Shown here piece after piece: positions 11,906 to 24,300 of a stretch of 64,000 nucleotides of DNA. This stretch comes from Aplysia californica. Its lineage: Eukaryota. The position numbers were made by a program, and so were the translations under genes. A model generated the notes under the pieces. The model worked only from the letters and a program-made list of their open reading frames with translations, did no database searches and was not told the DNA's origin. Every line of letters begins with the position of its first letter. Position 1 is the first letter of the stretch. The DNA is taken from contig NW_004797271.1 of the NCBI RefSeq assembly GCF_000002075.1, positions 5,626,237 through 5,690,236 of the forward strand. Direction: 5' to 3'.

Positions 11906-13759
11906 TATTTAGTGTTGTATTATGCTCTCAGAGCTGGATGGCAGTGGACATTAATATTGCTCAAGAAAATATGAGGAGACACAAACAGACTTTAAACTTA
12001 CAGCTGCACAAAACAGTGCAGTCAGCTGGTCTGTGTATAGGCCAACCTGTTTCAATATGACCATGCAATGTTGCGGAGAAGTGAGGTCATCTTAGACAGT
12101 GTCATTATAATATTTTGTGAGACTTCGTGGCGAGATCAGGCTCTCCTCAAAACAATGAAATCCGAGAAATCGGCATTTTTCGGCGGACTCCCCCCTCCCA
12201 GTTGTTTTTTGTTTGTTTGGTTTTTTAAAAGCTGAACACCTTGCATATCCATTCAAAAACACTTTTATTTGTAGATTTTATTGAAAACGTTGATAAAAGG
12301 CACAAAGAATGCTAATTTGCAGTTTCCAAGGACTCTAAATCTATGGAAGAGGAAGTCAACATTTTCTCGCTAATTTTACTTTTGAAACCAGGCAACCCCA
12401 CCTCCTTCAATCGCCATTATCTCGACTTCTATTCAAGATAAATAGATACTTCTTTCATCGAAAGCTAGGCAAATGAATAACCTTTAAGCTGATACCAATA
12501 ATTCCATTTGGCCAAAAATTGATGAGCGCCCGATTCCACCGCATCATGACACACAGAGAGAAAAAAAAACAACAAACGCATGTACAGGGGAGGACGCTGT
12601 GGGAGGTAGTTGTTTGAACAGGTGGCTGTAAGAGCAATTTCCACAGTATTTTGTTCAAGTTCAATAGTGCTATGGTCAGTCTGGTCACTTGGCTGCCATG
12701 ATAGGAAATAATTTCCTCAGCATCATTGCTATTGTAATGAAAGGGAGGTAAAAGACAGACTACGTTTTTAGTTTTACGCCACTTGAAACAAAAAAAGTTC
12801 ATAGAAATGCCGAAGATTATAGCTGTTACTAGAAAGTAACATTTAAGGAAATAAATGTTTGATAAGGACGAAGGAGCAAACGACACAAGAGCACCCGCCA
12901 AATATCCACGGACAGACAAAAGTCAACTCCAAAAAACACCATTACAAAGTTGTCATTTTGTTTTATTTTTTTTTTTCTCCAACAATTCATGGTCACCTTT
13001 ATTTTGTATCCTTCACTCCTGTAGTTGCTTTGACTTTGGGATGTTGCTACAGATGAATAATGCCAAAAATGAGCACAACACAGAACGGAGACACACCACA
13101 GCTATGTACAAGCTGACAGCAACACGCCCACTTACCCACCACCGACCACGCACACATGATACACTCACACGTACAAACACACACACTGATAACCACGCGA
13201 GTCTTATCTCAAACCCCACACTTCAAACAAAGAGAACAACAACCCACATAAAACACAGCATCATCATAATATTCATATCAAATTCAACATATACATGTAA
13301 GAGCTGGAAAAATATTCTCCAATTCATTTAATTTAAGCAGTTCCAAAAAGTATTTAACCCCAAAACAGGTTGACACTTTCCTGATTGATATTCACGTCAA
13401 CCCAAAATATTCACATACCAAAACAACTTTTTTGTTGTTTCGTATAAAATCGTAGTGTGAGAAACACCCTGAAGTCATGGCCTTATTAAAAGAATTAAAT
13501 ACACCCCCAGCACAGCCCCCCCCCCTCCCCCCGAACGTTATGGCACACCAGTTCTTCCATCACTTCCACAAACACTGTGGAACTAATCAAACTTGGTCCA
13601 GAAGAAGGAAAAAAACAAACCCCCAAATCTCCTAATCCTATCCTGTAACAGCTTACGCTCTTAGAATGACAGTTTTTAACTCGCATAGTTTTGAGTAGAG
13701 CTAAAAAAATTGTTTACACTTTATATGTGAGTGTACAACAGAACTGAAGGAAAAAAAAA

Positions 13760-14180
13760 ATACAGGCCAGATTTGTCTCAAATGCTTGAATGATAACGCG
13801 CCATCATATTTATCAAATCTGTGGAGACTAAATTCCAACTCGAAGTTTGAGGTCATCAGCTGACAAAAAGAAATATCTTTTAACATCTAAAAACTTAAAT
13901 CAATGGATGAAAGGGCACTTAAATTTGAATATCAAGGCCCCAAGACCTGGAAAGCTTTGTCAACTATTTTAAGAGAGATCAAATCCTCTGACTCATTCAA
14001 ATGTCAGCTGAAGTCCTTTCTGATTTTAAATTAATAAGATAAATTTTTGTAGTGATTTCCTGTCAGAACACATTTTATGTTACTGTTGTACATTGTACTG
14101 TATTGTAAAGCACTCAGAATCTGTGTCCTTTGATCAGGGTTGAGCGCTATACAAATGTCATTTATAATAAATTAATATTA
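13760..14180 (+). mobile_element. Second copy of the same L2-type LINE 3' end
   Basis: Reverse-complement similarity to 2085-2480. Confidence 0.85.
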
Positions 14181-17100
14181 TCAAGTCAAGCCTTCAACAC
14201 TGTGCAAGGATCCTGTGCCAGTAATGTGTAGTGTGTAACTGAGTTTTTACCAAAACTAGAGTTATAATCCTGTCATTCTAGGGACGCGAGCTGCTAAAGT
14301 CAAGCTGTAAAACACAGTAATTATTAGCATATCCAATAAAAATCCAATGCTACAACCATCAACCAACTTATCGATTTTCAAAATCTGTTTCATTACGGAC
14401 ACGTGGACACCTTCGATCTTCCAAAGGCCCCTAGTTTTATTCTTTCTTTCGTTAAAAGGAGATATTTTTACGCACACCCCCCTCCCCCCCCCAATTCACA
14501 CAATTTAGATAATTTAGGAGGCGGGCTTTGACACTGGATGTCAAAGCCAAAATGCTGACAGGGATACAATGTCCTACAGAGACACAGGAGAGATACTCGA
14601 TAAAAATTCTCTCCACATGGGAATCAAACTCAGGTCCTCTGCATGTGATGGTGAAGTGCCCAACCATTACACCACCAAAGACACTGGTCCTCAGGCCCCT
14701 GTTCGTATTTTAGTTCAATACAAATACAAAAGGCCGGACCCAACAAAGTGTCTCAAAAATATTTTGAAGAAGCCAACAACAGTGTACATGGGAATAGAAG
14801 GTTATACATTCAAACATGGCAAAATAAAATTTTTGTCATCTCGAATCCACAAACATTGTATGAATAATTATTGATTAGAATGGCCTGAATCCTTACATAT
14901 GCACGCAGGTATAGGTAGGTCCCCAATTTTCCACATGAGAAGGGCAATTCATACGAGTCTAAAAAGTTTCATACGTCGTGACAAGAATTTCCGTGTCCTC
15001 ATCTTGACAAAGGACTCTATTGACTTAAAAATTGCCATATATATACTGTACAGCAGAAACAAACCCCATGCCTTATGTTAAGAACATTTTGGACCAACCT
15101 GTGCTTGCAGTAAACATGAAAGGATTGATGATTGCTTTATGATAACCGCAACGGTTTCCACTCCAGCTTTCTTCAGCCCAGATCTCAACTGCATCACTGC
15201 AAAACCCACAATCTTTTTTTTCCCCAAGAAAACAAAAAGCCTGTGGTTGAGATTGCACCCTCTGGTGAGTGGACAACACACGTCACAACACTGGAGACAC
15301 ACACACACACACACACATGCACAACAACAAACACACAAGCACATACTTGTGCTGGAGATGGATATGTACGGGCCTCATCGCGAAGCCACACTCCCGTTGC
15401 CCACAACATCTGATCAGTTTTCTTACAACACTGGCCACAACGTAACCCTTCAGAACATCGTGAAATGATCCTACGCAGGTGTCGACGGAGTCCTGTCCAT
15501 CAAAACATGGCCCCCACACTACAGCTGATAGAAACGCTCATAATACAAACTTGAAGAGATCCCCGACCCACAGCACAAGAATGTTTTCCACACCCTGATG
15601 AGACTGTATGCAATACACAGTCGAACCTGCCTCAGGCCGAGTCGCGGTGAGAACGAAAAAAATTGTTTCAACCCAGCACAAAGAATAGAAGTGCCTAGAG
15701 TAAAACTCCCACCAATAAAAAACCGGCAAATTCTTTATGTATTAGACCACACAGGGCAAATTCTACATATAATTTCCCCCCACTGTTTCTGGACTATCTG
15801 TAACAATTTCAAACTTTAAAAAAAAAAAAGGTTTCCATATCAAAGGGCATATTTCTTTCCCTTGGCTGCACAAGACTAACTCGGCTATAAGAACGTCTGG
15901 AGATTTTACCTTGACAGGTTCGACCGCCTATTACTTAGAGGGACTGTAAATAAATACAAAAAAGATGTCACTGTATATAAATAAAAATGATTTGACTTAG
16001 ACATAGCAAACACACCTTTGTCCTCACTCACTGTCTTCAACAGATCAGCAAATAACCACCATAAAAAAAAATTTTTTAAAAAAGCATTAACAACAACGCA
16101 AACAAATTTATGAAATAAACAGTTCTTCAGTCAAAAGTCACGTTTCTTAACTTATTCTTGCTGTGGACCAGCACATGTAATATCATGTTAAACATCCAAC
16201 AATTTCCTTATGAATAGAATTTGAACACAGAAATTTTTTTTTTTAAAAAGGAACAACCTTAGAAAAAAACTTTCTTAGAGACAAGGTCAACTTAATATTT
16301 TCATACTGAAACCAAACCAAAATCGGCAGGACCCCTGAATTTTCTTCGGTTAAGAGAGGTTGTGCAAACAGAAGAAAAATAAATAAATGGGGATTTCATT
16401 TTCTTGAACTTTTCCACTGTTTTCGGATTAACCATATTTGGTATAAGTGGACTACACTGTACTTGTGAACCACACAAACCAATATAGGCAGACGACCCTC
16501 TACACAACATATTGTACAATTTAAACGGCTCCTGTGATAATGCAACACGTAAAAATTATCTGCAAAATTGGGTGAGAAAAAAACGTCAACTGACACCGAA
16601 CAGGAAAAGCCGGTGTTAGACTAGGTTAGTCTGCCTCTCATGAAATGTGCTACATGGCAATACTTTCTTGACAACTTCAATCCTACAACATTCTATAAAA
16701 AAGACCAACAACATAAGTTTAAAACAAAAACATGCAAAGAGTTCAGACCTTTTGTTTTTTTAAAACCAAACCTAAAGAAAAGCTTATTCAAACAGACATT
16801 TTTACAAGAGAAAAGGAAATCTTTCAGCGTCTTACTTGACGATCAGCACACACTGGGTCATCAAGTACAGTTTCATACAGAGGATAGCGATACAAAAAAC
16901 CCCCCCCAAAAAAACCAACACCCCCCAAATTTAGACCATATAAAGGAAAAAAATCAATCTAAGTGAATGATCATGGCCAACAAGTAACAGTTAACTGCAT
17001 GCCACACAACCCCAGAGCTAAAAAAAAACCTCTGGTCAGGTCCAAAGCCTGCCGCCCTTAGTGGGGATTACATAACAGGCATATTAAGATGCCATGTGCA

Positions 17101-18203
17101 CCTTCAACTCTTTGATTACAGACACAAATTCTTTTTTTATCTTTGTTCCACACTTCTGACAATGAGTTAAGTACCATTACTGTAGCCAGAGACAACATAA
17201 GAGAACAAAACCTTAGCTATAGACAGAACAAGGAAACACCAGACAGTCCTCCTTGTACACTGTATTTAGCAAAAAGTTCCCTGTCAATACTGTGCTTAGT
17301 TTTACGTCACATGGCTAACCTTTCTGCATCCCAGCCTCATAACACCTTACACATTGATGAACTGCACATAGCACAATGCTGCTTCTGCATTTTTTGTACA
17401 GTGTAATGAAACATTAGAGCACGGATCCTTAAAGGCGTAGCTGGAAATAAGAGACTAGTATTAACAGCCCTCATTAATTATTTTTTTTTAAATATAAAAA
17501 AATCAGCCAAAGACTTCCAAAAACCTTCATTTTTGTCAGGGCAAGGCTTAATAATAGGAGCAGCCCCAACAGAAACACATGAATGAGACACGTCTTGAAC
17601 GCAAAAATACTCGGATGATATCCTTTGTGATTGTCAAATCAGACTCGAGTTCCACAAGTTTTAAGGTCTCCACCGACTGAAACTTCCCTTTCACAGATCT
17701 GATGACGGAAAGCACATGATATGCTGTGTTCATGCTCAACATCAAAATAAGAAATAAGCTTGTGAAACCATATATTTTAAATCCATTACCTACGATTTTC
17801 TGCATGTTTTTTTAAAATCAAAAAGTGTCACATAATGTCTACACAAAATTTACACTAAATAAAGTTTTCATATTTTCCTTCTTTAGTTCACATTTCCAAA
17901 AATGCAGAGCACTCCATCTCATTCTATCTTTCACATCATTAAAGCAGTCAAAACTTATCCACCAAACCAACATGTTCTTTTATGAAAAGATTGCCCCTAC
18001 TGGTCCCTGGTTGACTACTGGTGTCTGTATGACTGTCTTCCTCCGACACGGGTACCACACAGATCCATCAAAAGTTCCACATATCTCGGAATCCTTTCAC
18101 AAGAACCTTGTTCACATCAATTAACCATGGGGCACCATCCGCCACAGCACAGGAACATCCAACATCTCCAGGAAAAGTAGCACTCGTTCAGTCATTCTGC
18201 CTA

Positions 18204-18329
18204 TCACTTGGAAGAGGGAGCATCAAGGTCTATGGCCTCCTCTGGCTTGTTACTCAGTCTCTGGTTCCCCATGGCCCCCATCAAATTCCCCATCATGGCA
18301 GAGTTCATCATGCCTGAGCCCCCGGCACC
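18204..18329 (-). CDS. ATRX: ATRX terminal coding exon ([10 protein letters not shown]...[12 protein letters not shown])
   Basis: cttttccag acceptor, phase 0, M/G-rich, stop TGA at 18204-18206. Confidence 0.75.
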   Translation of the reverse strand, partial: GAGGSGMMNSAMMGNLMGAMGNQRLSNKPEEAIDLDAPSSK

Positions 18330-21300
18330 CTGGAAAAGATGGCAGAATATTTTGATATAGACTGACGAACAGGCTGGTACTTTAAATATCAGGGATATCA
18401 CAGGGATTCTGTAAAAACACCTGAACATTTTCACAAAAAGACAGTTATTAGATATAACCGATATGGGGTTATACGGAAAACAATGCGTAGAATAATAACT
18501 GCTGTTCTAGAGAAAATAACTTTAAAAAATGGGNNNNNNNNNNNNNNNNNNNNNNNNNNNNNNNNNNNNNNNNNNNNNNNNNNNNNNNNNNNNNNNNNNN
18601 NNNNNNNNNNNNNNNNNNNNNNNNNNNNNNNNNNNNNNNNNNNNNNNNNNNNNNNNNNNNNNNNNNNNNNNNNNNNNNNNNNNNNNNNNNNNNNNNNNNN
18701 NNNNNNNNNNNNNNNNNNNNNNNNNNNNNNNNNNNNNNNNNNNNNNNNNNNNNNNNNNNNNNNNNNNNNNNNNNNNNNNNNNNNNNNNNNNNNNNNNNNN
18801 NNNNNNNNNNNNNNNNNNNNNNNNNNNNNNNNNNNNNNNNNNNNNNNNNNNNNNNNNNNNNNNNNNNNNNNNNNNNNNNNNNNNNNNNNNNNNNNNNNNN
18901 NNNNNNNNNNNNNNNNNNNNNNNNNNNNNNNNNNNNNNNNNNNNNNNNNNNNNNNNNNNNNNNNNNNNNNNNNNNNNNNNNNNNNNNNNNNNNNNNNNNN
19001 NNNNNNNNNNNNNNNNNNNNNNNNNNNNNNNNNNNNNNNNNNNNNNNNNNNNNNNNNNNNNNNNNNNNNNNNNNNNNNNNNNNNNNNNNNNNNNNNNNNN
19101 NNNNNNNNNNNNNNNNNNNNNNNNNNNNNNNNNNNNNNNNNNNNNNNNNNNNNNNNNNNNNNNNNNNNNNNNNNNNNNNNNNNNNNNNNNNNNNNNNNNN
19201 NNNNNNNNNNNNNNNNNNNNNNNNNNNNNNNNNNNNNNNNNNNNNNNNNNNNNNNNNNNNNNNNNNNNNNNNNNNNNNNNNNNNNNNNNNNNNNNNNNNN
19301 NNNNNNNNNNNNNNNNNNNNNNNNNNNNNNNNNNNNNNNNNNNNNCCCCAAAGAACCAATGATAACTGAGCATCAAAGAAACATTGCAGAAACATGTAAA
19401 CAGAATGTAGGCACTAAATCATCATCATCATCCAGTGCCAGATCTGTGACAGACATTGACGATCATGGTTCTCCATTCATTTCTTTGCTTGGATGCTCTT
19501 AAAAAAGCCACATTTCCTTGATCTTTCCCTGTTTCCCATTTGTTTAGCTTCCCCAAGCAAAAGGTTCAAGACCCTTATGTCTATTCAGGTGTCCAAAAAA
19601 CTGCATTTGTCGTTTCCTGATTGTTTTTATCATTGAACATCCCACGTGGGCTTCATGAAGCACTACCTCATTTAATTTCTTTTCCTTCCACTATATAAGG
19701 CACTAAAAAAGTTTTTTTAAAAATACAACCCAAAATAGCCAAAGGTGTAAACAGATTTAGTGAGTTCAGGTTTCTGAGAAGACTACAAGCTTGCCAGCTG
19801 TTTAAAAACCTAATCGGGGACACCCAAAATTAAAACATCAACATCAGACTACACAACAACATCAACAAAAATTATACCAAGTGGGAATGGCTTTGGTGCA
19901 GCATATCATACAGCTCGCACTCAAATTCCCCATAGCTGAATTCAAGAAGGTCCTGGGAAATTCATGAGTTGGCAAGCCTCAAAATACATCATCAACAAAA
20001 CAAGAAATGAGCCACACAACTTACTCGTCTCATCTCCTCCTGCTTGAGCTGAACCATCCGGCGCAGGGCCTGCTGTACATGTAGCTGGAACAACTCTTCT
20101 GGGACATCCGGCAACTGGGGACAGCCAACAACAACATCCAGAGACATATGACAAAAAAACAATAAACTATAAGACAAACCAAACTCTTAAAGTGACAACT
20201 AAAGTGTTCTCACACATAGAGTAGCATCTGGCAAGCATGGAAATCAAAGCTAAAAAGTTCTTACATTTCATAGCTGCCACTCAGGAATTTAAAAAAAGGA
20301 GGAAATTCACGCGAAGGCGTACGTGCTCTCTCCGAAGGCCGGCATAAAACCAGCGAGACCCAGAGGTGATATTTTGGAACATCTAGCCTATGTTTTGGGA
20401 AGGGAAAACTGTCATATTTGTTAACCATAGGCTACTGAATTAAAAATGAATTTGAAAAAAAAAAACCCAAGACACTAAGTTGACTAACAAGTCGTCAGTT
20501 GGTGTCTCATAAAAAGATTTCTTTTACTTAAAACTTGTACATCGATGTAGAGCAGTATTGGATCAAGGAATCAACACCTTTGCCAGTGTACTACACGATT
20601 TCTTTATCGCACCAAACGCAAAGTGCAGCAAGCGGCTGGTTCAATTTTCTAATGAACTTTTCAAGTCGCACACTGTCTGCTTCTTTCTCATTCCAGCTCC
20701 TTTTTTTTGCATTCTGCATCAATTTCTCTCAAATTTCCGCCGTTTTCAAGGACAACTCGGCGCGCCACCATCCTGAAGCTCAATTGACAGTCGCTCCACA
20801 ATAAACAAATGTGAAACTAGCGCCAGGCAGGCACAGAAGAACGGATGTAGAAAGCTACGGGTGGACATGCACAAGCCACATTTTTGCCTCTCCGGATTCG
20901 GTGTTTTCCGTGAAAACAATAAAGTATCGCAATTTGCGACCGAGGGCGACCCAGCGGAGGAAAGTAGTGGGAAAAGCTAGATGAAGGGGAGTTTCCGCTA
21001 CTTAGCAGAAAAGTGGCAGCTATGATATTTAAACTAAATTCACCTTCTGTAAGAATGAATGTGACCTTAAAGTAAAAGCATGAGAACCCCCCCTCCCCCC
21101 AAAAGAATAAATTAAAAACAATTTAACTCTTAATCTCCGTGGGGGGGGGGGGGGGGGGGGGGGGGGGGGTAAACCCACTATACCGGGCCCCTATTTTGGT
21201 ACTAAATCTAAAAATGACAAAAACGTCACTAAATGGGTCATTAAATCAAGACAAGTCAACCCATTTTGACAGTTCTTCCTCTAACGAATGAACTCCCGAT

Positions 21301-24300
21301 AAAAGTAGCAATGCCAATGAAAATTTAAATTTTCACGTTAGCCCTTTTTTTTGGGTACCTAGGAAAGAATTTTCAATTCTAAGAATTATGTTTCTTGAAT
21401 TTTAAGAATCGGTTCAAAAATAAAAAAGTTATTGGGTTGTAAAGGTCGGCAAAATATGGAAGACCCACATATAGGAAAATACTCCCAAAAAGTGGACCAC
21501 GCAGTAGCAGATTCTGTAAGAAAATCTACGATATCTCGGTAATTAATCGGAGTGTTCGAGAGAAACTTGGCTACCTGATGTGTTTTTGAGTGTAGAAATC
21601 ATTTCTGCAGTCAGATTTACTACCAATTTCGTAGTTATTTTGTTATAATTAAAATTTTGGTGTACATATTACGATTTCGCGAAAAAGGGGTGTCGGGATG
21701 AGTCCATTTTATTTATAGCATCTTATCACAACATGGGATCTTTAAGAATATATGTCGGCAGCGTGACTAAATAATTGCAAAGCTTTTTATGATGACTTTA
21801 GACCATGCCAACCGTAAAAGATAAGTTAATTCAATCGAGCATGCCGTACAATTAAAAATTCTTTTTCCCCGTTGAGACGCGAACACCCTGAGACGAGATA
21901 ACCTCGCCTCGGAATACCCCCATTGCGATGTTACAGGGGAATAGAGAGAAAAACAACCGGATGCGCGCACCCGCCATTGCCCTATTTCAAGTGACCAATG
22001 AACGGGCCCGGAATAGTCATGCGGGGATTTGTAGGTCACATACATTTGCTGCGAGAGTGAAGGGAAAATGGCCGGTCTCCGTGCGAAGCCGCTTTGGACA
22101 GGGGGGTAGTCGTGCATTTATGATCGGGTCTAAACAACTACTTGACACAGAACGTTCAAATTTGAGCACACTATAGAGGATAGATAGATCTATTACCATC
22201 TCGGCGTTGAAATTCAAACTCCTTATAGTTTTCGGTGTACACGATACGAAAGTGTTCCAGACACCAAAAGTATAGGTTAATTTATGTGTACGAACTTCAA
22301 CGTCCACATATCACTAGTTTGCCCTATTTTCTGATTGGTTGCCGAGTTTCATTCCGATTGGTTCGGAAATAGAGCAGACCGAGGTTGACAAAGTTAGTCA
22401 CCTACGCTTCGGCCGGGTCTGCAAAATCGCCCGTAAACGGAGACCAAATTTTCGCAGCGCGGGAAAGCCCGATTGGCATTGCTAATAAAAGAGACCTGTT
22501 TTTGGCAATTGCTGAAAAGTAATTTGATTTCGAAATCATCGTAAAGAATGTGCTCCAGACACTGTCAGCGGCTCACCGGTTGCGACTGCGAGCCGCAGGG
22601 AACGGCTTGCCGTAGATAAAGAGTATTATTTTAAATCCTGAAAAGAGAATCTAACATTAGCTAAAAACGTACTTTTCTGAATCATCAGCTTCTTTACCAT
22701 TAACCATTCTTAGCATCAAGTTCGATTAAATCCCTGTTCTGATATCTGTTTTTTACAATGACTGACAGGTTTTAACAACAATATATAACATATAAAGCAA
22801 ATTAAATACAAGGAAAAAAATGTATTCAGCCCTCTAAAACTAAAACCTTTTCAGCAAAATATTCTACTCAAAGGAAATGAAAGGATATTGTGTATGTTCA
22901 AAGACATTTCAGCTCAACTTTCTCTGAACCCACTCAATGTGTGCACCAATGGCAGTGCTTCCACCAGCTCAAGCTGAACAGTAAGGAAAAGGGTCCAGGG
23001 ACAGAGTCCCGGTGGGAAATTGAAATTTAGTGCTTTTAGAGGGTTAAAAATGGCATTCAGGAGCCCGCTTGAAAGGATTGCCCACAACCAGTAACATTTA
23101 TTTGTTTGCCAACATTTTGTCTTGTTTGATTTTTTTCACCTACATATCTTTCCATTGCTGGCAATGTTTAAAAGCAGGTTCCCCTTCCATTGCTACTATA
23201 ATTCAATTAAATTGTCATCGCCCTGCCACTTTTTTCCTTTTTTTGGGGGGAGTATTATAATGACAATGTCTACAAACATCTACAGAGTCTAAGACCACCA
23301 CTTTTATCCCCGACAATGGGTGGCCGCCCTGGACATTTTCAAGTGTATTAGCAGTAGTGACAACACAATTGGGAAGCTTTCTCCCACCTGTTGCCTGAGG
23401 GTCTGTACTGTGGCTGTGATCTGCTCTCTGCTGAGGATCTGCGCCGCAGCCATCATCGGCCAGCTGGCCGTTCTCTCCATACCGGGACCTGGTAGACAAA
23501 AATACATAATTGATGACCTCAAACATACGCAGAACTCTTTGCAGAAAACATGTCTATTGAAACCTGGTAGACATAAATACATAATACATGACCTCCATAT
23601 ACGCAAGACTGTGCAAGAAAGAAATCCAATTGGGACCTGGTAGGCATAAACATGTCTTATCGGGACCAGGTAGACATAAATACATAATAGATGACCTCTA
23701 ACATATGCAACTCTTTGCAGAAAACATATCCAGTCTTAAATCATGAGCTATCAAATCATTTCGAAATCGGAAGAGACCCCAAAACTTCCATGAATCTTTG
23801 CGAAACATTCAGAATTACAAACAACAAAAACATGTGGAAGAATAAGAAGCATACCTCTGACAATGATTCCTTTCTTCTCATTTTCATACTCTTCCCAGGC
23901 AGCTTTCTTCTCCTCTTCTGTCAACGTTTGTTCTATCTGGTTCTCCAGTAGAGAGTCGTGCTCGTGGAAGGACACCACACACTGCTTATTGTTGGTCAAG
24001 ATCTCCGCCAACAGGGGATCCTGAGTTACAAGTGGAAGTAGAAATGAGAAATGAGAGAGATGTCCAAATTAACCAGAGCTATTTGTGGCTTATCAATGAC
24101 GGTCTTTGTGTTAACAAATTCATAACAAAAACCAAATATGGAAAAAAAGAAAACTGTAAGTTAGCTTTTCCACAGACAAAAGGAAAGTCTATGTGTTTCA
24201 TTAGTTTCTACCAGAGACCTGTTTCCTTTAAGCAAAGGTTGAAAAAGCAGAGTAAGAAAGATACAGCTGTCAATTGCGACAGGATTCTTACTGTGGACTG

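Noticed and set aside
11511-11935. Exon of a cellular gene (AAA|gtaagt donor)
   Set aside because: Another frame reads as an RTE LINE C-terminus, and the apparent donor is its tail repeat
1131-19502. Long X-containing ORFs
   Set aside because: Artefacts of assembly gaps (1152-2040, 4055-4318, 4435-4638, 5819-6509, 9223-9360, 18534-19345)
21140-21169. Poly-G tracts as G-quadruplex autoregulation of ATRX
   Set aside because: G/C homopolymers occur throughout the window, including inside transposons; no specificity
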